Origin: Clostridium sp.
Lineage (GTDB): Bacteria; Cyanobacteriota; Vampirovibrionia; Gastranaerophilales; Gastranaerophilaceae
DNA length: 64,000 bases
Direction of reading: 5' to 3'
Assembly: GCA_018362895.1 (NCBI GenBank)
Contig: JAHALR010000002.1
Location: forward strand, 400-64,399
Shown: piece after piece, positions 10,205 through 18,171 of the stretch
Position numbering within the stretch: position 1 is the first letter of the stretch
How the letters are laid out: each line of letters starts with the position of its first letter
The notes under the pieces: model-generated
Told to the model about the DNA's origin: nothing
What the model saw: only the letters and a program-made list of their open reading frames with translations
Databases searched by the model: none
Translations under genes and position numbers: made by a program

Positions 10205-10606
10205 CTAAAACGGAATTTCGTCTTCACCGATTAAGTCGTCCGAGAAATCGGTTTGTCCAAATTGGACAATAGAATCCGGAGATTTTTGCTGTGAAACAGG
10301 TGTTGAGCCGGAACCGCTCATTTTTTCAACTGCGAAAGCATCAATCTCTACGATTCTTTTTTCTGAACCGTCTTCGTTTTTGACGGTATTGTTCTGGAGT
10401 CTGCCTTCAACAACAACTCTGTCTGACTTGTTGATTGTTTCAGCAACTGTTTCAGCCAAATTGCCTTTGGCTACTATTCTAACCAGTGTTTCTTCGTTGT
10501 CGGAAATGTTCAAAGCAAATGCCGAAATAGGCACATTATTTGAAGTAAAACGCTTTTCCGGCGCTCTGTAAACTGTTCCTGATATAACTGCTTTTGCTAA
10601 GCTCAT
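10205..10606 (-). CDS. ssb: Single-stranded DNA-binding protein (canonical, with acidic tail)
   Basis: OB-fold N-terminus and a C-terminal tip ending DEIPF. Sits between rpsF and rpsR. Confidence 0.93.
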   Translation of the reverse strand: MSLAKAVISGTVYRAPEKRFTSNNVPISAFALNISDNEETLVRIVAKGNLAETVAETINKSDRVVVEGRLQNNTVKNEDGSEKRIVEIDAFAVEKMSGSGSTPVSQQKSPDSIVQFGQTDFSDDLIGEDEIPF

Positions 10607-10630
10607 TTTCCGCTCCTGATTATTTCCTGA

Positions 10631-10927
10631 CTATGCGTTAACTTTAGAATCTTCCATAAACATGATTCTTAAGATATTATCGTTCAATCTCAATTGTCTC
10701 TTGAGTTCAACAACTTTATCAGGTGCAAGGTCCATTCTTTGTGCTACAAAGTGACCGTCTCTGAAATTTTGGATGTCGTGAGCCAATTTTTTTCTGCCCA
10801 TTTTATCGGTAGCAAAAACATTGCCACCCAAAGATTTAACAATATCTTCTATTTTGGCGATTATTTTATCGGCTTCTTCAGCATCCATATTTGGTTTAAT
10901 AATTGTGAGTAATTCGTATTTTCTCAA
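10631..10927 (-). CDS. rpsF: 30S ribosomal protein S6
   Basis: RKYELLTIIKPNMDAEEADK... is the S6 signature. I place the start at TTG 10927, preceded by AAGGAG. The longer ORF to 10993 adds a non-homologous leader. Confidence 0.9.
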   Translation of the reverse strand: MRKYELLTIIKPNMDAEEADKIIAKIEDIVKSLGGNVFATDKMGRKKLAHDIQNFRDGHFVAQRMDLAPDKVVELKRQLRLNDNILRIMFMEDSKVNA

Positions 10928-11043
10928 TTTTCTGCTCCTTTTCCGATTTTTCACGTGTAAGGGTAAAGTAACATAAACAAAATTTGAATACAAATATTTT
11001 CGTCTGAAATCTTACGGATGCGTAATAATTTGCACTTTTTGTC

Positions 11044-12312
11044 TTAGTCCAGTTCTTCGGGTGAAGCAATTCTTCCCAGAACAGCACTCGCAGCGGCAAC
11101 AGCAGGTGATGAAAGATAGACTTCGCTGTCAACATGTCCCATTCTGCCTACGAAATTTCTGTTTGTTGTAGAAATTGCTTTTTCGCCTTCTGCAAGAATT
11201 CCTGCATATCCACCCAGACAAGGTCCGCAAGTAGGTGTTGAAACGGCTCCTTCTGCTTCTATGATTGTCTGTATATAACCGAGTTTCATTGCTTCCAAAT
11301 ATATGTCCTGAGTTCCGGGGAATACAATCAGCCTTACCTCCGGATGAACTTTTCTTCCTTTGAGAATTTCAGCTGTAACCTTCAAATCAGTAAGACGCCC
11401 GTTTGTACAGCTTCCTATGATAGATTGATCAATTTTTACTTCTCCGACTTGTGAAATTGGTTTTGTGTTTTCGGGAAGATGAGGGAAGGCGACAGTCGGT
11501 TCTATTTTTGATACGTCGTAAACAAGCACCTTTTCATATTCCGCATCAGAATCACTTGTGAAAAAGACCGGTTTTCTGAGGCTTCTGCCTTTCAGGTATT
11601 CTTTTGTAATTTCATCCGGGACAATGATTCCGTTTTTTGCACCTGCTTCAATAGCCATGTTGCAGATTGTCAAACGTCCGTCCATGTCCATTTCTTGGAT
11701 AGTAGTGCCGCCGATTTCAAGGGTTTTGTACAGTGCACCGTCTACGCCTATATCTCCTATAAGGTGAAGAATCAAATCTTTAGCACTTACCCATTTGTTC
11801 AGCTTTCCGTTGAATTCAACTTTAATCGTTGAGGGAACTTTGAACCATGTGTCTCCTGATGCCATTGCACAGGCAAGGTCTGTTGAGCCTACACCGGTAG
11901 AAAAGGCACCGAGTGCTCCGTATGTACAGGTGTGAGAGTCGGCTCCGATGATTAAATCACCTGAGGTCACAATGCCTTTTTCAGGCAAAAGTGCGTGTTC
12001 GATTCCCATTCTGCCTACTTCAAAATAGTTTTTCAGGTTTTGTTCTTTTGAAAACTCACGAACCATTTTTGCCTGCTGTGCAGACTTTATGTCTTTGTTC
12101 GGGACAAAATGATCCGGTACAAAAACAACTCTGTCTTTGTCAAAGACCTTTTCAACGCCGATTTTTTTAAATTCTTTAACAGCGACAGGTCCTGTTATGT
12201 CGTTTGCGAGTGTAATATCAACTTTTGCGCTAATCAAATCGCCGGCTTTCACCGACTCAAGCCCTGCGTGTGCGGCAAAAATCTTTTCTGTAATCGTCAT
12301 TGGACGTTTCAT
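11044..12312 (-). CDS. Aconitase-family dehydratase large subunit (LeuC/HacA type: 3-isopropylmalate dehydratase or homoaconitase large subunit)
   Basis: [28 protein letters not shown] and CGPCLG cluster-ligand motifs. The ~420-aa size is typical of the split, archaeal-type large subunit. No small subunit is adjacent. Confidence 0.85.
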   Translation of the reverse strand: MKRPMTITEKIFAAHAGLESVKAGDLISAKVDITLANDITGPVAVKEFKKIGVEKVFDKDRVVFVPDHFVPNKDIKSAQQAKMVREFSKEQNLKNYFEVGRMGIEHALLPEKGIVTSGDLIIGADSHTCTYGALGAFSTGVGSTDLACAMASGDTWFKVPSTIKVEFNGKLNKWVSAKDLILHLIGDIGVDGALYKTLEIGGTTIQEMDMDGRLTICNMAIEAGAKNGIIVPDEITKEYLKGRSLRKPVFFTSDSDAEYEKVLVYDVSKIEPTVAFPHLPENTKPISQVGEVKIDQSIIGSCTNGRLTDLKVTAEILKGRKVHPEVRLIVFPGTQDIYLEAMKLGYIQTIIEAEGAVSTPTCGPCLGGYAGILAEGEKAISTTNRNFVGRMGHVDSEVYLSSPAVAAASAVLGRIASPEELD

Positions 12313-12391
12313 TCTTTTTCTCCAGATTTGTAAATTTATAAAAAATTTTATTATAAATGTAACATTTTGTAAATCGTGCTTTGGCTTTTTC

Positions 12392-12418
12392 TAAATTTGA
12401 GCTTTTTGATGCCGATAT
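12392..12418 (+). promoter_or_regulatory. Candidate sigma-28 (FliA-type) promoter: TAAA-N15-GCCGATAT
   Basis: TAAA at 12392-12395, an exact 15-nt spacer, and GCCGATAT at 12411-12418. It lies 36 nt upstream of the ATG at 12454. A FliA-type sigma factor gene lies in the same window. Confidence 0.55.
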
Positions 12419-12453
12419 ACAATTTATAGAATCAAGGAATGAAAGGTGTGCGT

Positions 12454-13824
12454 ATGAGTATGTTCAACAAAAATATGAAAATCGGAGAAGGTCAAAAGTA
12501 TGATACAACGCAGGTTTCAACTGAAGGTATCACGGCTGAAGAACGTGCCGAAATGGAGAAAAAGAACAGAAAAATGATTGATATCTTTAAAGCTTTTGAC
12601 ATAGACGGAGACGGAAGTTTGAACAAACTCGAACTTGCAGCTGCTATGGATGCTTTTTCAAGGCTGGATAGTGATGGAGGAAAAGACGGAAAACTTTCAA
12701 AAAAAGAACTTAAACAAGGTGCAGAACAATTTAACGAAGCGTTCAAAGACTTAGGTGTAAATATTGAAGGCAAAGACCTCAAAGCATTCTTAAAAGGAGT
12801 TAGAAAATATACAAAAGATGATGAGAAAACTTCCACGCAGGGTGTTTTAAATGACTATGCTGCTGAAGTTCAAGCAAAGGCTGAAGCCGAAGCTAAAGCA
12901 AAAGCTGAAGCAGAGGCAAAAGCAAAGGCTGAGGCGGAAGCTAAAGCAAAAGCCGAAGCAGAAGCAAAGGCAAAAGCAGAGGCTGAGGCAAAAGCTGCAA
13001 AATTGGCAACTCCAACAGCATATACAATTCAACCAAATGAAAGACTTGATGATTTGTTGAAACGCTCTCTTGAAGCTCAAGGCAAAGAGGTAACAGATGA
13101 GTCTCTTGCAGAAGCTAAAGCTGAGTTTGTAAAAAACAATCCCGGTGCTCTTCATGGTCCGAAAGGCAAAGAATATCTTTACATGGGTGATGTTGTAAAA
13201 ATTCCGGGAGGACTGGAAGATAAAGGCAATGCTGATGAAATAAAAGCACAGTACAGAGCAGATCAGGCTGAAAAACGGGCAAAAGCAGAGGCAAAAGCCA
13301 AAGCGGAGGCAGAAGCTAAAGCAAAAGCTGAAGCGGAAGCAAAAGCCAAAGCAGAGGCAGAAGCCAAGGCAAAAGCCGAGACAGAGGCAAGACGACGCGC
13401 TTTAACTCCGAAACCTTATGTTGCTGAACGCAGTTCGACTTATGTAGCTCCTAGAGTGCCTGTTGAGCCTGTGGCTGTTAAAAAAGCACAACCCCAAAAA
13501 CCTGATCCTAAAAAACTTGCAGCTATGAATAAAAATCCTCTTATGGAACAGCTGCCCAACGGCTATTCTCGTCGTGACATTCCAGGTTTTAATGACGCAT
13601 ATTATGACAAAGACGGAAATCGTATTACTAAAGAAACTTATATGAAAGCTCGCGGTAAAAAAGATAGGAAAATAGACAACATGGTTGCTCATCCGATACT
13701 AGAACAGCTGCCAAACGGTTATACAAAAAGAGACAGAAGCGGTCCGGGAGTATTCTATTATGACAAACAGGGCAATATGATTACTGAGGCTGAATACCAA
13801 AGAGCTAAAAAAGCCGGTCATTAA
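12454..13824 (+). CDS. EF-hand calcium-binding / LysM-like / AEAKAK-repeat mosaic protein
   Basis: DIDGDGSLNKLE and DSDGGKDGKLSKKE EF-hand loops, two (AEAEAKAK)n blocks, and a LysM-like segment YTIQPNERLDDLL...LYMGDVVKIPG. The C-terminal module (EQLPNGY.[RK]RD....YYDK.GN.IT..EY) is duplicated. Start chosen at ATG 12454 (GAAAGG 7 nt upstream); the ORF extends to ATG 12439. Confidence 0.75.
   Translation: MSMFNKNMKIGEGQKYDTTQVSTEGITAEERAEMEKKNRKMIDIFKAFDIDGDGSLNKLELAAAMDAFSRLDSDGGKDGKLSKKELKQGAEQFNEAFKDLGVNIEGKDLKAFLKGVRKYTKDDEKTSTQGVLNDYAAEVQAKAEAEAKAKAEAEAKAKAEAEAKAKAEAEAKAKAEAEAKAAKLATPTAYTIQPNERLDDLLKRSLEAQGKEVTDESLAEAKAEFVKNNPGALHGPKGKEYLYMGDVVKIPGGLEDKGNADEIKAQYRADQAEKRAKAEAKAKAEAEAKAKAEAEAKAKAEAEAKAKAETEARRRALTPKPYVAERSSTYVAPRVPVEPVAVKKAQPQKPDPKKLAAMNKNPLMEQLPNGYSRRDIPGFNDAYYDKDGNRITKETYMKARGKKDRKIDNMVAHPILEQLPNGYTKRDRSGPGVFYYDKQGNMITEAEYQRAKKAGH
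12871..12996 (+). repeat. In-frame 24-nt tandem coding repeat, block 1 (AEAEAKAK)n
   Basis: About five imperfect copies of gctgaagcagaggcaaaagcaaag-like units. Confidence 0.8.
13268..13392 (+). repeat. In-frame 24-nt tandem coding repeat, block 2 (AEAEAKAK)n
   Basis: Second block of the same unit within the same CDS. Confidence 0.8.
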
Positions 13825-13844
13825 AATATTTTGAATCTTTATGA

Positions 13845-13872
13845 AAGACCTGAGTAAAATCAGGTCTTTTTT
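13845..13872 (+). terminator. Rho-independent terminator
   Basis: AAGACCTGA(gtaaaa)TCAGGTCTT followed by a T-run. Confidence 0.7.
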
Positions 13873-13949
13873 CATACATTTATTATATTCATTTTCCGTC
13901 CAAATGTGGTATGATTAACTTACATAAGTTGATTTGATAGGAGTGTTTT

Positions 13950-15185
13950 ATGTCTGTTGACGATACTTTGGTTATGATTCTCGCGGGTGGTGAAGGAAAA
14001 AGACTTTATCCCTTGACAAGAGACAGAGCAAAACCGGCAGTCCCGTTTGGAGGAAGGTATCGTATCATAGACTTTGTTATAAATAATTTTATCAATTCCG
14101 GCTTTTACAGGCTGAAAATTTTGACACAATACAAATCAGACTCTTTAAACAAACATATCGTCAGAACCTGGCCGTTATCTCCAATAATCAACCAATATGT
14201 TGACCTGGTGCCGGCACAGATGAGAATAGACGGACACTGGTATAAAGGTACGGCTGATGCTGTTTTTCAAAATATACACCATATTTTGAGCGAGGACAGT
14301 TCTTATGTTGCTGTGTTTGGCGGCGACCATATATATAAAATGAACGTTGCATCAATGCGTGATTTTCACAAAGAGCATGATGCTGATTTGACAATCTCTG
14401 CGATTCCAATACCGATTGAAGAAGCAGGCGAATATGGAATTATGGAGGTTGATGAAAATTGGCATCTTACAAATTTTGTTGAAAAACCTAAAACAAAACC
14501 CAAACACATCCCCGGTGATGAAACAAAATGTCTTGCATCTATGGGAAATTACATCTTCAAACGCAACAAACTGATTGAAGAATTACGTATTGATGCAGAT
14601 ATTCAGACATCTAACCACGATTTTGGCAAAAATGTTATTCCGAAAATGCTTGAGCAGGGGGATAAAATTTATGTTTATGACTTTGCACAAAATGAATTTC
14701 CCGGCATGGAAGAGTCTGAAAGAGGATACTGGCGTGATGTAGGGACAATGGATGCTTACTGGCAGGCTAATATGGATCTTTTGGCTTATGATCCTGAATT
14801 CAATCTTTATACAAAAGAGTGGCCTTTGAGAACTTTCAATTACAACTATCCACCGGCTAAATTTATCTGGGAAGAACTTGAAAGAAGAGGTATGGCTACG
14901 AACTCTCTTGTTTCTGAAGGTTGCATAATTTCAGGTGGTACTCTTTCAAGATGTATTCTCTCACCAAAAGTCAGAATCAACAGCTTTTCAAGTGTTGTTG
15001 ATTCAATAATTATGGAAAATGTTAATGTCGGAAGACATTCTCATATCCAAAAAGCAATTATAGATAAGAATGTAGATATACCGCCTTATACAAAAATCGG
15101 TTTTGACAGAGAAGAAGATGAGGCACGCGGATTCTTTGTTTCGGAAGGCGGAGTGACAGTTGTGCCAAAGGGAGCGAAACTTTGA
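13950..15185 (+). CDS. glgC: Glucose-1-phosphate adenylyltransferase
   Basis: LAGGEGKRLYPLTRDRAKPAVPFGGRYRIIDF.I.N..NSG, plus a C-terminal left-handed beta-helix region. Confidence 0.93.
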   Translation: MSVDDTLVMILAGGEGKRLYPLTRDRAKPAVPFGGRYRIIDFVINNFINSGFYRLKILTQYKSDSLNKHIVRTWPLSPIINQYVDLVPAQMRIDGHWYKGTADAVFQNIHHILSEDSSYVAVFGGDHIYKMNVASMRDFHKEHDADLTISAIPIPIEEAGEYGIMEVDENWHLTNFVEKPKTKPKHIPGDETKCLASMGNYIFKRNKLIEELRIDADIQTSNHDFGKNVIPKMLEQGDKIYVYDFAQNEFPGMEESERGYWRDVGTMDAYWQANMDLLAYDPEFNLYTKEWPLRTFNYNYPPAKFIWEELERRGMATNSLVSEGCIISGGTLSRCILSPKVRINSFSSVVDSIIMENVNVGRHSHIQKAIIDKNVDIPPYTKIGFDREEDEARGFFVSEGGVTVVPKGAKL

Positions 15186-15655
15186 AAAAGAACGTTAAAT
15201 ATTCATTGATTGCGGGAATAATATTAGTAATAACATTAATTACAGTAACAAGCTGTATGGCTATCCTGCCAAAAGCCAACATGAAGCCTTCTGACTATGA
15301 TACAGGGCTTACATATGAACAGGCTGCCGCACAGGACAAGCCCTTGCTTGCTGTATTTTATGTTGACTGGTGTACATATTGCAAAAAATTTATGCCAAGA
15401 ATGGACAAGGTCAGAAATATAAATAAGGATGACTTCAATTTTGTTCTCATAAATGTAGAAAACCCTCAAAATGAACCTCTGGTTAGAGAATACAGAATTT
15501 CGGGCTATCCTTCTGTTTATATAATAGATCCAAAGTATGACAACAGAGTCCACATCGACAATCCTTTCCTTGAATCAGTCGATGACTTGAATAAAGAAGT
15601 ATCTCGTTATAAAAACTTTAGAAATTTAATTAAAAAGGGCGATTCATGCAAATAA
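15182..15655 (+). CDS. Thioredoxin-fold protein (WCTYC active site), membrane-anchored or lipoprotein
   Basis: TTG start overlapping the glgC stop, with GGAG 7 nt upstream. Hydrophobic leader ending ...LITVTSC, then VFYVDWCTYCKKF (CxxC). Confidence 0.75.
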   Translation: MKKNVKYSLIAGIILVITLITVTSCMAILPKANMKPSDYDTGLTYEQAAAQDKPLLAVFYVDWCTYCKKFMPRMDKVRNINKDDFNFVLINVENPQNEPLVREYRISGYPSVYIIDPKYDNRVHIDNPFLESVDDLNKEVSRYKNFRNLIKKGDSCK

Positions 15656-16269
15656 ACAAAAAATCCGCAATGACACTGGCAGAAGTTCTTATGGTTCTTG
15701 TTATCATCGGGACTGTTTCTGCGTTGACTGTTCCGGGGTTGAAGAAATATTCTCAACGTTCAGAGTATGCAAAACTGGCTCAAAAAGGGTATAATACACT
15801 TCAAGGGGCATTTGACCTTGCTGTTGCTAATGAAGAAAAAGATCCTGATGATTGGACCAGTCCTAATGTAGCCAGTTTTCTGTTGAGGGATTATTTTGGA
15901 AAATATATAAACAAAGCGGAAGACTGTTCTGCTTCTTACGGTTCCTCGAACAGTTGTTTTAAAGGCATAACACCTTATTCTGGCGGTAATGCACAAAAGC
16001 CAAACGTACGTTCAATTGTTCTTCCTGACGGAATCTCAATATCTGCTTCGGGAAATAATAGCGGCGGTGTTGCTATGAACTCTTTTATTATTGATGTGAA
16101 CGGTCCGAATGAGCCAAACAGAGAGGGCGTTGATATATTTATATTTAATTACGGAAAATATAATGCCAACTGTTCAGCAACAGCTTCTGACGGCCAGTGG
16201 AAATTTTGCCCGGCTAATAATCATACACGACAGCTTATGGAAGACGGCTGGCGAATCACATACTGGTAA
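15646..16269 (+). CDS. Prepilin-type N-terminal cleavage/methylation domain protein (pseudopilin)
   Basis: MQINKKSA-MTLAEVLMVLVIIGTVSALTVPGL class III signal with Glu+5. Cys pairs in the C-terminal half. Confidence 0.8.
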   Translation: MQINKKSAMTLAEVLMVLVIIGTVSALTVPGLKKYSQRSEYAKLAQKGYNTLQGAFDLAVANEEKDPDDWTSPNVASFLLRDYFGKYINKAEDCSASYGSSNSCFKGITPYSGGNAQKPNVRSIVLPDGISISASGNNSGGVAMNSFIIDVNGPNEPNREGVDIFIFNYGKYNANCSATASDGQWKFCPANNHTRQLMEDGWRITYW

Positions 16270-16294
16270 GTTTATAGAAAGGTCTTAAAAAAAT

Positions 16295-16876
16295 ATGATG
16301 TTTGATAAGAAAAACGCAATGACATATATTGAATTGATTATGGTAATTGCTATCATAGGAACTGTATCTGCTGTTTCAATTCCTGCATTGAAAAGACATT
16401 CACAAAAGACTGAATTTGCTGCTCTGGCAAAAAAAGCATATACTGACCTTGAAGATGCAATGGATAACGCTGTATTGACAGAAGGTCCTATGAGAAACTG
16501 GGATTTTTCTAAAAACTCTACATTTTGTTCAAAATATCTTGCTCCTAATATGAATGTAATGAAGAATAACTGCTCAGCTGAGTCACCTTCGATTACAACA
16601 AGATCAATGATGACTATGACAGTGGCAGAGTGTGACGGATCTTTTTGTCACGTACATGTTGATGTAAATGGAAGCAAAAGACCGAATCTTGTCGGAAAAG
16701 ATCTTTTTGAATTTCAGGTCAGCAGGGTAGACAAAGGCGGAATCTATACTGCTGAATCTGTGCAGCCTGCTACTCACGGTGGCGCTGATCTTTTAAGAAA
16801 AAACGGCTGGAAATATACGGATAAACTGTGGCGTTGTGAATGGACTTCAGGTAATACTAATAACTGCGGCCTGTAA
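16295..16876 (+). CDS. Prepilin-type N-terminal cleavage/methylation domain protein (pseudopilin)
   Basis: MMFDKKNA-MTYIELIMVIAIIGTVSAVSIPAL. Multiple Cys residues. Confidence 0.75.
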   Translation: MMFDKKNAMTYIELIMVIAIIGTVSAVSIPALKRHSQKTEFAALAKKAYTDLEDAMDNAVLTEGPMRNWDFSKNSTFCSKYLAPNMNVMKNNCSAESPSITTRSMMTMTVAECDGSFCHVHVDVNGSKRPNLVGKDLFEFQVSRVDKGGIYTAESVQPATHGGADLLRKNGWKYTDKLWRCEWTSGNTNNCGL

Positions 16877-16980
16877 TTTTTAAAAAATTTACACCTGTTG
16901 TACTATTGCAAACCTCTTGCTATTCGATATGATTGTTACTATAATAACAATTATTATCCATAGGGAAGAGGACGTTTACA

Positions 16981-18168
16981 ATGAATAAAAAATTAGTATT
17001 AGGGATAATTATAGCCATAATAATTATTCCTATTGTTTTCAATAAAGCTGCAAGCATAATCGGTGCAAAGATTATGGCTGAAATGCAAAAAAAACCTACA
17101 CCTGTTGATGTTGCTATTTCAGAAGAAACTGAAATTTATCCTCAAACTGAATCTGTCGGTCGTATCGAAGCAAAATATTCAGTAGATGTTGTTGCGAGAA
17201 TCAACGGCTGGCTCCAGAAGAGATATTTCCAGGAAGGTGCTTTTGTAAAAAAAGGTCAGACACTGTTTTTGATTCAACCAAACGAATATGCAATTGCAGT
17301 GCAGCAGGCACAGGCTGCTGTAAGACAGGCACAGGCTGCTTTGATAAATTCCGAAAAAGAATTGAGACGTGCTCAGGAACTCGTAAAAAACGATTTTGTG
17401 AGCAAATCATATTATGATCAGGCTCTTGCCACAAGAGATCAGAACAAAGCGACTCTTGATGTGAACAAGGCTAATCTTGCTTCAGCAAAACTGAATTTGA
17501 GTTATACCAAAATAGCTTCACCTGTTGACGGAAAAGTCGGAAAAATCCTTATCACGGAAGGCAACCTTGTTAATTCACAGTCGGGTCCTTTGACGAAAAT
17601 AGTTTCAACAAGCCCTATTTATGCATATTTCAACATCAAAAGCGAGGACTATCTCCAATATATGAAAAAAGCTCTCGATCCAAAGTGTTGTGAATTATCA
17701 GGTATGGACGTAAAAATTAAACTTTCTGACGGGACAGAATATCATGAAAAAGGCAAACTCGAGTTTGTTAACAACGAGGTAGATCAAACTGCCGGAACAA
17801 TAGCTTTGAGAGCAACTTTTCAGAACAAAGACAACCTTTTGGTCCCCGGAGATTTTGTGAACGTAGTTGCTATTTCAAAATCACCGACAAAGGTGGTGGT
17901 TGTTCCTCAAATAGCTGTCTCAGATAGTACAAACGGAACTTTTGTCTGGACAATCAATGATAAAAGTCAGGCAAAACAAAAATATGTAAAAATTGCTACA
18001 AAACAATACGGTGACAAATGGATTGTCACAGAAGGACTTGAGCCCGGAGAAAAAGTTATCACAAAAGGCTTTCAAAGACTTAGAGACGGTGCAAACGTTG
18101 TAATAGATGAAAAAGCAGCTGCTCAGGCAGAAGAAAAGCAAGCTGATGAAGATAAAGGTAAAAAATAA
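16981..18168 (+). CDS. RND efflux periplasmic adaptor (membrane fusion protein)
   Basis: N-terminal anchor, a lipoyl-like hairpin (V.ARINGWL......EG..VKKGQ.LF.I), a coiled coil, then Y.KI.SP.DG..G. Confidence 0.9.
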   Translation: MNKKLVLGIIIAIIIIPIVFNKAASIIGAKIMAEMQKKPTPVDVAISEETEIYPQTESVGRIEAKYSVDVVARINGWLQKRYFQEGAFVKKGQTLFLIQPNEYAIAVQQAQAAVRQAQAALINSEKELRRAQELVKNDFVSKSYYDQALATRDQNKATLDVNKANLASAKLNLSYTKIASPVDGKVGKILITEGNLVNSQSGPLTKIVSTSPIYAYFNIKSEDYLQYMKKALDPKCCELSGMDVKIKLSDGTEYHEKGKLEFVNNEVDQTAGTIALRATFQNKDNLLVPGDFVNVVAISKSPTKVVVVPQIAVSDSTNGTFVWTINDKSQAKQKYVKIATKQYGDKWIVTEGLEPGEKVITKGFQRLRDGANVVIDEKAAAQAEEKQADEDKGKK

Positions 18169-18171
18169 TCA

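Noticed and set aside
10928-10993. 5-prime extensions of ORFs in the track: rpsF to 10993, ferritin from 31077, TolC from 21426, hydC from 47417, pdxA from 29053, the pseudopilin to 46600 and the gltS fusion from 61555.
   Set aside because: In each case an internal ATG/TTG with a better-placed Shine-Dalgarno sequence begins exactly where family homology starts. The extension overlaps the upstream gene or encodes non-homologous residues.
12871-13392. Regularly spaced short repeats that could superficially suggest a CRISPR array.
   Set aside because: The units are contiguous 24-nt in-frame coding repeats (AEAEAKAK) with no unique spacers, they lie inside a long ORF, and no cas genes are nearby.
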